The translations under genes and the position numbers were made by a program. A stretch of DNA of 63,946 nucleotides, filler included, from an uncultured Methanoregulaceae archaeon (lineage in GTDB: Archaea; Halobacteriota; Methanomicrobia; Methanomicrobiales; Methanospirillaceae), in NCBI GenBank assembly GCA_964530035.1. It is 4 parts of 4 records of this genome, joined end to end, with 100 filler letters (N's around TTAATTAATTAA, not from the genome) between each part and the next. Parts side by side here need not be neighbours in the genome. Positions count along the whole stretch, not along the records: positions 18,376 to 36,105 come from CAZGXZ010000034.1; 3 more parts are not named here. One strand, written 5' to 3'. Positions within the stretch are counted from its first letter, which is position 1. The number at the start of each line of letters is the position of its first letter. The notes below the pieces were generated by a model, which saw only the letters and a program-made list of their open reading frames with translations, was not told where the DNA came from and did not search any database. Shown here in pieces: positions 18,376 to 28,132 of this stretch.

Positions 18376-19208
18376 CACGGTGAGAAGGGCAGCTGCGCCG
18401 ACTTCGTGAGCCCGGCGAAGCCGATGAGGGCTGCCGGCAGGAGGGCGACGGCCTGTCCGCCCGTGATGAGGGCAAGCATCTCGATCTGGCCGGTGGTCGC
18501 AGCGATATAGAGCAGTGCAACCGCGATCCCGACCCCTCCGAGCATGTTCATCCAGAGGGCCTTGAAGGCGTTGTCGGTCGCTTCCTGCGTCCTGGTGTAT
18601 CCAATGAGCAGGAATGATGCAAGGGTCGTTATCTCCCAGAAGAAGAAGAACCAGACGAGGTTGTTGGAGAAGACGAGCCCGAACATGGCCGACAGGAAGG
18701 CGAACATGACGAAGAAGAACGTCCTCTGCCGGTCGGGCACCTCGGGGTGGTGCCTGTGGAACTCGTCCATGTACCGGAGGGAGTAGACGCAGATCAGCGG
18801 GCCGATGATCCCGATGATCAGCACCATGATGATCGAAAACTGGTCGATCATGAGGTTCTCGACCGCATGGAGCTTTCCGCCGAACCCGACCTCGAGGAGG
18901 GTGATGAGGGCGGCAACCACCAGTACGAGGGCGAGTGCCAGGTATTTCCGGTATTTCAGGGTGAGATATACCAGGAATGCTGCGATGACCAACTCGAGCG
19001 CGAACATCCCGAGACCCGCCGCCTCCATCTCAAGGGGAAATGTCACCGTGCCGGCAGTACCATACCGGATAAGAGTCCATACTGATGCAGCACCGATAAG
19101 GAGTGATGATCCTATAACGACAGCTGCCCTTACTTTAGCCTCTTTCACGAGCAACAGGACGAGTGCGGCGAGGAACGGGAACAGAATCAGGAAGAGAAGT
19201 GCTTCCAC
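18376..19208 (-). CDS. echA: Ech hydrogenase subunit A / NuoL-like antiporter subunit (3'-truncated)
   Basis: IDQFSIIM, FFWEITTLASFLLIGY, TKSAQLPF; EchA-type N-terminal extension; GAGGAGG SD before GTG. Confidence 0.75.
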
Positions 19209-19454
19209 CTATATCCTCCTCGTGTGCATACATTCTATTTATCATTATTAATCATAAAAAACATTCGAAACGGCCCCCTTCCCGGGAACATTTTATCTCC
19301 CGTAGCATTGATTGATTCAAAAAATGCCCCGGAAATCCTCCTTGTACGGGTCTTAGTACCATGGCCCGTTCCCTCTGAAAGGACCTGTCATCACTCAGTC
19401 GGCAGCCATTCCGGACCGTTTCGCTTTTTACCGGTGTACAACATATCTCCGGGC

Positions 19455-20012
19455 ATGTCAGCCGAATCAGATGCGGTAGTACAGGTGGCCGGGCTCATGG
19501 CCCTTGCGGCACGGACCGCTCCAAAGTCCGTGGGGCTGGATTCCATCGTGATCGAGGTGGTTATGGAGAGTGATCTTGGGAGGATTGCTGACGAAATGGT
19601 CCGGATATCGGGTGAGAAGGGGAAGGGTTTCTTCAGGGTCAACGGGGAGCAGGTCCGTGCAAGCGATGCAATGGTCCTTATCGGCGTGAAGGGGAGGACG
19701 GCGCTCGGGCTTAACTGCGGTGGGTGCGGCTACGCCTCCTGCAGGGAGATGGAAACGGCCATTTCAGGGCTGGAGAAACCCGGGACCGAATACCCGGGAC
19801 CGAACTGCATATTCAAGGTTAGCGACCTCGGGATAGCCGTCGGGTCGGCGGTAAAGACTGCGAGCGTTCATAATGCCGACAACCGGATCATGTATTCGGC
19901 GGGTGTTGCCGCGATGAAGCTCGGGATGCTCGGGGACTGCAGCATCGTCTACGGGATTCCCCTGAAGGCATCAGGGAAAAACATCTACTTCGATGCGGCG
20001 ATGAAACACTGA
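19455..20012 (+). CDS. DUF2148 ferredoxin-domain protein
   Basis: AARTAPK, NCGGCGYASC, DLGIAVGSA, DNRIMYSAG, GKNIYFD. Confidence 0.85.
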   Translation: MSAESDAVVQVAGLMALAARTAPKSVGLDSIVIEVVMESDLGRIADEMVRISGEKGKGFFRVNGEQVRASDAMVLIGVKGRTALGLNCGGCGYASCREMETAISGLEKPGTEYPGPNCIFKVSDLGIAVGSAVKTASVHNADNRIMYSAGVAAMKLGMLGDCSIVYGIPLKASGKNIYFDAAMKH

Positions 20013-20056
20013 CCTGTCCACTCCAGGTCACGCGATATGAAACGGAGCGGTTGCAG

Positions 20057-20635
20057 ATGAAGGTCATTGCATTCAACGGAAGCCCGAACAGGGACGGAAA
20101 TACCAGCAGGCTTATCAGGTACGCCCTGTCGGAGATTGAAAAGGCAGGGATCCTGACGGAACTCGTCCAGGTCGGCGGAAAGGACATCCGTCCCTGTTCA
20201 GCATGCGGGAAGTGCTTCGAGAACTGCGACGAACGGTGCGTCCAGGACTCGGATATGGTGAACGAGTGCATAGGAAAGATCCAGGAGGCTGACGCTGTCA
20301 TCATCGGGACACCCACGTATTTCGCCGGGGTGACCCCGGAGATCAAGGCGTTCATGGACCGGGTCTTCTTTGTCGCCAAGGCAAACGACGACATGTTCAG
20401 GTTGAAACTCGGGGCCGCAATCGCAGCCCAGCGGCGGGCGGGAGCGGTCAGTGCCGTCGATGCGATCAACCATTACTTCGGTATCAGTGGGATGTTCACG
20501 GCAGGTTCAAGGTACTGGAACCTGGGAGTCGGCCTCGCCCCGGGCGACGTGGACGCCGACGAGGAGGGTATAGACACGATGCGCCAGCTCGGCCGGAACA
20601 TCGCGTGGTTCATCAGGAATCTGCATTCAACCTGA
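20057..20635 (+). CDS. Iron-sulfur flavoprotein (flavodoxin/NADPH-dependent FMN reductase family)
   Basis: NGSPN..GNT, CSACGKC..C cluster, GTPTYF, RRAGA. Confidence 0.9.
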   Translation: MKVIAFNGSPNRDGNTSRLIRYALSEIEKAGILTELVQVGGKDIRPCSACGKCFENCDERCVQDSDMVNECIGKIQEADAVIIGTPTYFAGVTPEIKAFMDRVFFVAKANDDMFRLKLGAAIAAQRRAGAVSAVDAINHYFGISGMFTAGSRYWNLGVGLAPGDVDADEEGIDTMRQLGRNIAWFIRNLHST

Positions 20636-20783
20636 TCCATCATCCATCAGGAGAACGGGCAGGCTGCACCGGACAAAGGCACATGGACTCCTTTCGTAGC
20701 GACCGGTTCCTGGTTCCCGGGGGCCACCCCCATATTAGGTTTCCCGGTGGTTTGTCCCGATTGAAGTATCCCTATGAAAAAAG

Positions 20784-22028
20784 TTATGAGCGGTAGTTCT
20801 GGTAGTTCGAGGAGATCTCACCCGCGGTAAGGCCGCGGTTGTAGAGGGCGAACGAACCGATGTCGCCCTTGAAATAGAACGGATAGATATCAGATGACTG
20901 CTTGGCGATGTTCAGGGGGTAGGCGTTGTCCTTCAGGGAGACGGCGGGTATCTGTGCCGGGTTGGTGATCTTTCCCACACCGGGCTGGTTCGACTGGAAG
21001 TAGCTGACGGTCTGGGGATTTCCGTTCACGCTCACGCTCATCCGCCGGGGACTCCCTGATACGCTCACTACGATGTAGTTCCACTTCGCCGCAGTCAGCG
21101 GCCCGCTGTCCGTCTCGATATGGTAATGCTTGTTTGTCACCTTGTCATCCCACTCGAAGTACAGCTTTCCGCCATCCATCGTGTAGAGGTCGTAGTTCTT
21201 GTCCTCGGTGTTGGCGTTGATCTGTTTCCCCTTGCCGATGACCTGATGGACCCCGCTTGTCGTCGACGGCCTGATCCACATCGAGATCGAGAGGTCGCCC
21301 GTGTAGGTGAGGGACGGGTCGTCCGGGATGGTCATGTACTGGTTCACCCCGTTGAAGGTCCGGTAGGTCATGTTCATCGGGGCCCCGGTAAACCCGGTCT
21401 GGGGGTTGTTGATCAGGGTGTAGTTCATCACCGTGCAGTCCGCCCGGAAGACCTTACCTCCGGCTGAACCCCCTGATACCGGTAGAGACGATGTGCCCTT
21501 GGTGATGACTGCCCGGGAATCGCTGGAGACGAGAAGGTTTGCATCGAGGTCTATCAGCTGGACGACCCACTGGCCGTTCGTCATTGCCCTCATGGCACCG
21601 GACGGCCGGGTCGAACTGACGATGTAGTCGCAGGACTCGGAAAGCCCCGAGGTATTGGGGTAGAGGTACAGGGTCTTCCCGTACAGGGTGCCGCTTATCG
21701 ATGAGGCATCAGGATAGATTGCCTTGCCGTCAGGGCTGATGAGGCGGATGGCCACCGGGGCACCCTGGACAGGGGGTTTCTGTCCGGAAAGGTGGAATGG
21801 GTCGCCGTTATGTACCAGCAGGGACAGCACCTGGACTGCGAGCCCGCCGTTCCCGATTACCTCCTCTGCCTTTGCTTCCGATGCGATGTATACCGATTTT
21901 TCCTCCAGATCAGCCATGCCGGTTATTGCCGGGACAAAAATAAGCATGATGCCCAACACGAGGATGATGAGGAATACTATCGCGATAACATGGGTAACGG
22001 CACTATCGCCCGTGACGTGGCCCGCCAT
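20784..22028 (-). CDS. Type IV pilin-like protein with C-terminal LamG/concanavalin A domain
   Basis: Class III signal-like GDSA|VTHVIAIVFLIILV; FNGVNQY, ISMWIRP, WNYIVV, FKGDIGSFALYNRGLT LamG motifs. Confidence 0.8.
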   Translation of the reverse strand: MAGHVTGDSAVTHVIAIVFLIILVLGIMLIFVPAITGMADLEEKSVYIASEAKAEEVIGNGGLAVQVLSLLVHNGDPFHLSGQKPPVQGAPVAIRLISPDGKAIYPDASSISGTLYGKTLYLYPNTSGLSESCDYIVSSTRPSGAMRAMTNGQWVVQLIDLDANLLVSSDSRAVITKGTSSLPVSGGSAGGKVFRADCTVMNYTLINNPQTGFTGAPMNMTYRTFNGVNQYMTIPDDPSLTYTGDLSISMWIRPSTTSGVHQVIGKGKQINANTEDKNYDLYTMDGGKLYFEWDDKVTNKHYHIETDSGPLTAAKWNYIVVSVSGSPRRMSVSVNGNPQTVSYFQSNQPGVGKITNPAQIPAVSLKDNAYPLNIAKQSSDIYPFYFKGDIGSFALYNRGLTAGEISSNYQNYRS

Positions 22029-22171
22029 ACCGATCACACTCCATTTACCAAGAAGGGATGTCCATACATATGAACCCGCCTTCCTGCTTTTCCCCACCAG
22101 GATCATCAGGTCATTTTTTCGTCCTGATCGGAACCACAGGGATTAAACACTTTTATGGAAACATATCTGTC

Positions 22172-22489
22172 ATGAAACGGATTGTCCGCGGCTTCATCGT
22201 CCTTTTTCTGCTTGTACAGGCCGCTGCCGCCCTTGCACCCCAGCAGGGGGATGCCAATATCACGCCATCGGTGCCAGTTGCCGAGTCAGTCACAGTGGCC
22301 TATGCCGACCAGACACCCGCCCCCGTTCCCGCCATCTCGACCGAGACCGTCCTGCCGGCGGCGTCCCATACCCTCGTCATCCCCCCCATTGTCCTTGTTG
22401 GAATCGCTATCATCGTCATTGCCATCGTGGGATTTGCAGCCCAGTACCTGTATTTCAATTACCTGAACCCACCGCCCCCGCCCGAGTAA
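22172..22489 (+). CDS. Small secreted protein with C-terminal membrane anchor
   Basis: Signal peptide, P/T/A linker, TM helix, poly-Pro tail. Confidence 0.65.
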   Translation: MKRIVRGFIVLFLLVQAAAALAPQQGDANITPSVPVAESVTVAYADQTPAPVPAISTETVLPAASHTLVIPPIVLVGIAIIVIAIVGFAAQYLYFNYLNPPPPPE

Positions 22490-22506
22490 AAGGGTTTAAG
22501 GGGATT

Positions 22507-23040
22507 TTGAAGTCCTCAATATCTTGAATTTTTATTCACCCTATAATGAGAGCCCTCCATCACCCGTAATTCCAATCATAGGATATCTAAAGAGCTGATT
22601 TTTTTGGTTTTCAACTTGAACGGGCAGGGTAGTGGATGGATGAGAACCGGGGGGCTGCTGCCCCCCTAACCCCCTGCATACGATAGCCATGCCAAGCCGT
22701 TGGTGATTCCGTTATTGGGCCTGTTTGTGGTTTGATTTTGTAGTTGTAGTCTTCAGCGAGATTTTTTTTCAGTTCGAGATCTTCATGAATCGCCGTGAGA
22801 CCGCCGCCGGGGCGCCCTTCGGGGGCGGCGGGGTATCTTTTCGGGGGTGTGGGGGTATGCCCCCACTGAAGGGTTGATTATTCACTCCACCATGGCAGAT
22901 CACCATCATCTGCAATTCCAATCATAGGACTCCCTATGAAAATGCTAAAAAAATTGCCTGATAATAAGGAGATTTTCTATGGGGATTTACATGGTCCGGG
23001 TGTGAACTCCCATTCATGGGTATTTCAAAAGAGCCGGTTT
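22507..23040. repeat. Modular intergenic repeat, copy A (modules X-Z-X'-Y)
   Basis: Extensive similarity to 53935-54390, including an identical GAGACCGCCGCCGGGGCGCCCTTCGGGGGCGGCGG hairpin. Confidence 0.88.
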
Positions 23041-23050
23041 AAGGATATTC

Positions 23051-23701
23051 TCATGTCCCGGCAAACCGGTTGACCGGGTTGACCCTGACCGGGACTGCCC
23101 CGGAAACAACCAGGGGGAAGCCCTTGTCAGGAAGAAGGGTAACGGAGAACTGCTCGCCCGGCCGGAGGGACAGGGAGGGATTGATGACAAGGTCAAACCT
23201 TTCCTGGGGTTCAAGGAGCGTGTCTTCATCAGCACGGGAGAACGGCGGGAGGTTTTTCTGGCGGGCTATCCCCCAGCCCGAGAGGGGGACGGGGCGCTCG
23301 GTCGTGTAATGGAGGACTTCGCCTGCCTGCCTGGTACTCATCGTCATGGTGCACGTGCTCATGGGGATCGCCGAGAGGTAGCCGACCGGGAGCTGGACTC
23401 CCATCAGCATGACGGGACCGGCGGTTGAAGGACTCGCTCCTGCAGGGACGACCAGCGGGACCGTATCCGCTGTTTTCGTGTCCCGGGAGAACACAAACGC
23501 CTCTCCGCCAAGGACCAGGGTCCGCCCCATGCTCCCGAGGGCCGATGACATGACCCCGGCCGGTGGTTCAGCCCCTCTTCCGCCCTGGACACCCAGGGTC
23601 ATGACAAGGTACACAGACAGGAGAACGAGGCCAAGGAGAACCAACGCTTCACCCCGCGTTATTGCGGTATCTGCTTTTTCCCTCTGAACCGTCCGGGTCA
23701 T
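23051..23701 (-). CDS. Divergent archaellin-like protein
   Basis: N-terminus DTA|ITRGEALVLLGLV (E at +5); C-terminus DEDTLLEPQERF..FSVTLLP..GFPLVVSGAVP resembles archaellin C-termini. Confidence 0.6.
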   Translation of the reverse strand: MTRTVQREKADTAITRGEALVLLGLVLLSVYLVMTLGVQGGRGAEPPAGVMSSALGSMGRTLVLGGEAFVFSRDTKTADTVPLVVPAGASPSTAGPVMLMGVQLPVGYLSAIPMSTCTMTMSTRQAGEVLHYTTERPVPLSGWGIARQKNLPPFSRADEDTLLEPQERFDLVINPSLSLRPGEQFSVTLLPDKGFPLVVSGAVPVRVNPVNRFAGT

Positions 23702-24435
23702 CCGGCGACTCCTGGTGCCGCACGTTTTACTGTCGGCCGGAGCCCCGTTCCTGACAACTGCAGTGCCCTGATCCCGTTCAGCACCGCCCGGTCAGTAACC
23801 AGTGCCGGGAACAGGAGGAGGGCAATGACAGGGTACCGGATACGGATGCGGCCTGATGCATCGATACCAAGGCAGGGGACGTTGAAATCAGGGACCATGG
23901 ACAGGTCGAACCGGCAGGTCTTCAGCACCGGTCTCAGGGCTGCAACAGCGCCATAGACCACCCCGGTGAGGGCCGGGTCATCGAACCCTGCGGAGATCCT
24001 GAGGGAGCCGTCCCATGACGTGGTGATGCGGAGCACCCGCACGGACCACCTGAACAAGGCCCGGAGCATCCCGGGGAAATGGGGGCCCATTACCTGGATA
24101 AGGCGGGTGATCCCGGCAGACCAGGGCTCTTCACCCGCGATGGCCCCTGAGGGGATCTTGCTGTCCGCAGGCCAGGTTCTTCTCCGCAGCTCAGAAATGG
24201 CCGGGACAGGAACCTTCCGGCCTGCAAACCTCACCTGCAGGCCATGGCCCCCAGGAGCTCCTCCCCATGACCCGGTGACAGAAAACGGTCCGTACCAGGT
24301 CCCTGCACGTAGCCCGGAACCGTTCGGACCGAGGGTAAGCGAGAGCCTGAGTTCCACCGGGGCCCGGATGACGAGGAATGCAATTGCGAGTTCCATCGCC
24401 ACCAGGACCACAAGGACAACAGCGGACGGGTCCAT
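23698..24435 (-). CDS. DUF2953 (YtfI-like) membrane protein
   Basis: GFDDPALTGVVYG..PDF motif; adjacent to a YtfJ/GerW gene. Confidence 0.75.
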   Translation of the reverse strand: MDPSAVVLVVLVAMELAIAFLVIRAPVELRLSLTLGPNGSGLRAGTWYGPFSVTGSWGGAPGGHGLQVRFAGRKVPVPAISELRRRTWPADSKIPSGAIAGEEPWSAGITRLIQVMGPHFPGMLRALFRWSVRVLRITTSWDGSLRISAGFDDPALTGVVYGAVAALRPVLKTCRFDLSMVPDFNVPCLGIDASGRIRIRYPVIALLLFPALVTDRAVLNGIRALQLSGTGLRPTVKRAAPGVAG

Positions 24436-24442
24436 TCACATA

Positions 24443-24844
24443 TCAGGTACTTTCAGTTTCCCGTTCCGGCACCTGCGTCCTTCCGCCCTTCCGTTCCTTC
24501 CCGGCGAAGTCCCGTGCGGCGTCGATCATCTGGGGGGCGAGAGCCTCGGCAAAGGACGAGATCACCTCGGCAACGGCGCTCCCTTTCTTGAGGGACATGA
24601 CCTGCACGCCTTCTGCTCCGCTCACGTCCCGGTGGAGGATGATGACCGCGACGGGGTCGATACCGAAACCCGCCCCTCCGGCGTCCTGGTCTTTTCCATC
24701 CCCGGCACCAAAGGCACAGCCGAACCGGAACACCGGGATGAGCGTCTTGTTCCCTATCTCGAGGGGTTCACCGAAAACCCCCCGGGCCGCCATCAGGTTG
24801 GACAGTTCTCGTGCCGTATCGGTGATTGCATCCTTCTCGGTCAT
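24443..24844 (-). CDS. GerW/YtfJ family protein
   Basis: VFGEPLEIGNKTLIPV..FGAG..GGAGFGIDPVAVI. Confidence 0.85.
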   Translation of the reverse strand: MTEKDAITDTARELSNLMAARGVFGEPLEIGNKTLIPVFRFGCAFGAGDGKDQDAGGAGFGIDPVAVIILHRDVSGAEGVQVMSLKKGSAVAEVISSFAEALAPQMIDAARDFAGKERKGGRTQVPERETEST

Positions 24845-25082
24845 GGTGAGATCACAGGAGATGTGTCTTTTTCGGAGAAGATGAAGGTATCCCGCTGCCC
24901 TTATCGTATCCACGGCTGTTTTGAGGGAATCAGGAGTCCCGGAGGGGCTGCCGGGGACCGCTCACCCGGACCGGGGCAGTACTGTCCCCCTCCCGGCCCT
25001 GGCAGGCCTGAGAATAACCCCGTGCAGGATAGATTTTTCACCATTGCGCAACTGAATGAAATGAAACGAAGGTGCCCGGCGA

Positions 25083-26324
25083 GTGGTTTCCGTCCTGTAT
25101 GTCGATGATGACCCGTCAACCCTGGAGGTCACCCGCCTTTTTCTCGAACGAAAGGGGGGCATGTATGTCCAGACCTGTTCTTCAACAGGTGAAGCGCTTG
25201 CGCTGTTGGACGAACACCATTTCGATGCGATCATCTCCGACTTCGCGATGCCCGGGATGGACGGGATATCCTTCTTAAAAGAGGTCCGTGCCCGGGGCCA
25301 CGATGCACCCTTCATCATATTCACCGGGAAACACCGCGCCCATATCGCCATCGACGCCCTGAACAACGATGCCGATTACTACCTCCAGAAGGGAGGAGAG
25401 CCGAACGACAATTTCCTCGAGCTGATCGGCATGGTGAACAAGGGGATCAGGCAGCGGGACTCCCAGAGAGAACTCAGGGAACGCGAAGAACTGTTCCGGG
25501 ACATCCTGGAACAACAGGAGGAACTCGTGTGCCGGTTCCAGCCAGACGGTGAGATAACCTTTGCCAACACGGCTTTTTTGCGTTTTTTCGGGGCGAACGC
25601 CGTCGGAATCCCGTTTTCCAGGCTGACAACGGGGCTGTCTCACGAGGAAGCTGACCGGGTCATGCACCACCTTGCTTCTCTGGGACCATCATCTCCTGCG
25701 GGACGTATCACCAACAAACACACTATCAGGGACGGTACCACCAGGGTGGTTGAATGGTCGGACAGGGCGTTCTTTAGCGAGGAAGGAGCCGTACTCGGCT
25801 ACCAGTCGGTAGGACGGGACGTTTCAGGACGGGTGAGCAGGGCAGACCACCGGGAAGAGGCCAAGGGGCAGGGACTTCCCCACAAGGACCCCGGACCCGT
25901 TGAAGGGATCTTCGATGAGCTGAGGCAAAGGATCGACGGCATATCCGACCCGGCCTTTGCCATAGATACCTCAGGGACGGTGCAGGCATGGAACCCCGCC
26001 ATCGAGACACTGTCAGGCGTCTCCGCCGGATCGGTCATCGGGAAGGCCGGCAATGCATATGCCACCCACCTGTTCGGCACCCGGAGGACCATGCTTATCG
26101 ACCGGTCCCTTGGCATGTCAGGCCAGGACGAGGAGGATGAGGTTGTAATCAGGGTCGGAAACGCCTTCTTTCATGAGTCCCGCGACGTGGAGGTCAGGGG
26201 GGTGGGCGGGACGGTTGCCGAGCGGGTGATCCTCCTGGAAGCTCCGGGCTGCGGGACGGTCGGTGCGGTCGAGATCATCCGTTTCTCACCCGACCAGGAC
26301 GATGATGATACGCCGGCCGGATGA
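25083..26324 (+). CDS. Response regulator receiver with two PAS domains
   Basis: VLYVDDD, ISDFAMPGMDG, FTG, YLQK; PAS motifs ITFAN..F, GYQSVGRD, AWNPAIE. Confidence 0.9.
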   Translation: MVSVLYVDDDPSTLEVTRLFLERKGGMYVQTCSSTGEALALLDEHHFDAIISDFAMPGMDGISFLKEVRARGHDAPFIIFTGKHRAHIAIDALNNDADYYLQKGGEPNDNFLELIGMVNKGIRQRDSQRELREREELFRDILEQQEELVCRFQPDGEITFANTAFLRFFGANAVGIPFSRLTTGLSHEEADRVMHHLASLGPSSPAGRITNKHTIRDGTTRVVEWSDRAFFSEEGAVLGYQSVGRDVSGRVSRADHREEAKGQGLPHKDPGPVEGIFDELRQRIDGISDPAFAIDTSGTVQAWNPAIETLSGVSAGSVIGKAGNAYATHLFGTRRTMLIDRSLGMSGQDEEDEVVIRVGNAFFHESRDVEVRGVGGTVAERVILLEAPGCGTVGAVEIIRFSPDQDDDDTPAG

Positions 26325-26557
26325 TATCCTGACACCCCGTTCCCTGGGCGACACCAGGGAACCATCTCGCCCGACGGGATAACCCGACCGCGCAACCACC
26401 ATCTGCCATCCCCTGTTTCAGCTCCTCTCAACAGGGTTTTTAACGGCCTCTCTTCGCAGGCCTGCTCTCCATCGGGGTCGGAAACAACGACGACCTGGTT
26501 CACTCCTCACCAGAAGCAAGGAAAGTATTCATAACTCCAGTCTCCACCTCGTGACAT

Positions 26558-27847
26558 ATGCGGATATTTGGAATAGGTCTCGTCCTCCTCCTTTCTGTCC
26601 TGCTGGCAGGGAATATCATGGCTGCCGGAGGTCCTGATCCGGCGGCGGGAGTGCCGGATATGATCAATGGAGACACCGGATGGCTGACCCGGGCAGGATC
26701 TGGCGGTGCGGCTCCCTCCGAGGTTTATTCGGCGGATAGTCCAGGTCTGGCATTCGGTCATGGATACCAGAATGCCGTTTCCTCCCTTACCCGTCAGCCG
26801 GAAAGCCGGTCATCCTTGAAGGTGGTGTTGTCATCCTCGTGGAAGACGTACACGACCGGGTCCTTCTCCTTCTCCTACCCCTCCGGGATGAGCGTGTCGA
26901 CAAGCTCGGACACCGCGAATACATACTACCTGATGAAAGGCGGGACGGCTACCCTGCCCTATGTCCAGATATCGTTTTCGAAACAGGCCTATTCAGGAAA
27001 AACGCTTTCATCACTGGTCAATGCGAACAAGGATGCAATCAGAAGCGTTTTTTCTGATGTCACCTTCATCGCTTCCGGAGATGGAAAGATTGGCACCCTT
27101 GATGCCCAGTGGGTCGTCTTTGACGCCACCACGACATCAGGCATACCGGTCAGGATGTACGGCACCTTTGCCCTGTCTCAGGACCGCCTGGTCCAGGTCG
27201 CATTCCCCCTGACGGCAAACACCCTGTCAAGCACTGAAGGGCAGAGGATCCTCTCGTCGTTCAGCTTCGCATCATCTTCGTCCGTTCCTTCCAGTGTAAC
27301 AAAGACGGTGACGAAGACACCCACGAAGTCAGGCCTGACTCCCACGAAGACCCCGACCAGGAAGACCACATCAGTGCCTTCAGGCAAGCAGGCGGCAGAT
27401 ACCTCGGGGTGGCCCACCTACAGGACCGCATGGTTCACGATGAAATACCCGTCGGAGTACTCCGTCGAGGTCCTTCCTCAGTCGACCAGCACGATCTATG
27501 CATTCAGGGACCCGTCCTCGACCACGGTCATCCTAGTCTCGGTATCCTCGGGCGCCACGTATGGGGACCTGACCCTTTCCGATATTCGGGACGCCGCTGA
27601 TGAGTTGGCCAGGCAGGAGGAGGGGTTCAGCCTGATAAGTTCAGAAATGACCAGGCTTGGCAGCATACAGGCGTTCAAGATGGTATTCACCGATTCGAGT
27701 AACGGGTATGTCACCAGGAGCCTTCAGGTCGGTACCCTGAGGAACGGTCGCCTGTTCATGGTACTTGCAGCCACACGGGAGACTCTCTTTGACACGAAGA
27801 GTCCATTATTCCAGGGAATGGTTTCGTCCTTCAGGTTTGCCAGTTAA
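26558..27847 (+). CDS. Secreted protein with two PsbP/DcrB-like domains and a T/K/P-rich linker
   Basis: Signal peptide; duplicated WKTY..FSFSYPS / WPTY..FTMKYPS and ILSSFSF / MVSSFRF. Confidence 0.75.
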   Translation: MRIFGIGLVLLLSVLLAGNIMAAGGPDPAAGVPDMINGDTGWLTRAGSGGAAPSEVYSADSPGLAFGHGYQNAVSSLTRQPESRSSLKVVLSSSWKTYTTGSFSFSYPSGMSVSTSSDTANTYYLMKGGTATLPYVQISFSKQAYSGKTLSSLVNANKDAIRSVFSDVTFIASGDGKIGTLDAQWVVFDATTTSGIPVRMYGTFALSQDRLVQVAFPLTANTLSSTEGQRILSSFSFASSSSVPSSVTKTVTKTPTKSGLTPTKTPTRKTTSVPSGKQAADTSGWPTYRTAWFTMKYPSEYSVEVLPQSTSTIYAFRDPSSTTVILVSVSSGATYGDLTLSDIRDAADELARQEEGFSLISSEMTRLGSIQAFKMVFTDSSNGYVTRSLQVGTLRNGRLFMVLAATRETLFDTKSPLFQGMVSSFRFAS

Positions 27848-28132
27848 ACCCCCTGGCAGCCACCCCTTGCATCCGAAAAGGAAAGCCTCCAGGTTATGAG
27901 CTGCTGCAGGCCCCGCCCGACCGACACCTTATGATAAAGTGGACTCTAGGGAGTTTTTCTGCATGGTCCCTTGATTATTTCCACATTGTTGCCAGAATGG
28001 GATCCCCTTAAGGGAAGGGTTGATTACAGAGCATATGCATCAGTACATCAGCCTGCTCCCGGGTGCGGAAACAACCCAGCCGGGAAGGGTTCAATGGGCA
28101 CCATTTCCGAAAAAAGCGGGTGATGAACGACC

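Noticed and set aside
22507..23040. Repeat as a CRISPR array or classical IS/MITE
   Set aside because: No regularly spaced short repeats with unique spacers, no cas or transposase gene, and no clear terminal inverted repeats or target duplication.
23966..25108. Long antisense ORFs (e.g. 23966-25108, 40825-41937, 55759-56868)
   Set aside because: Shadow frames of GC-rich genes on the opposite strand, with no recognisable motifs.
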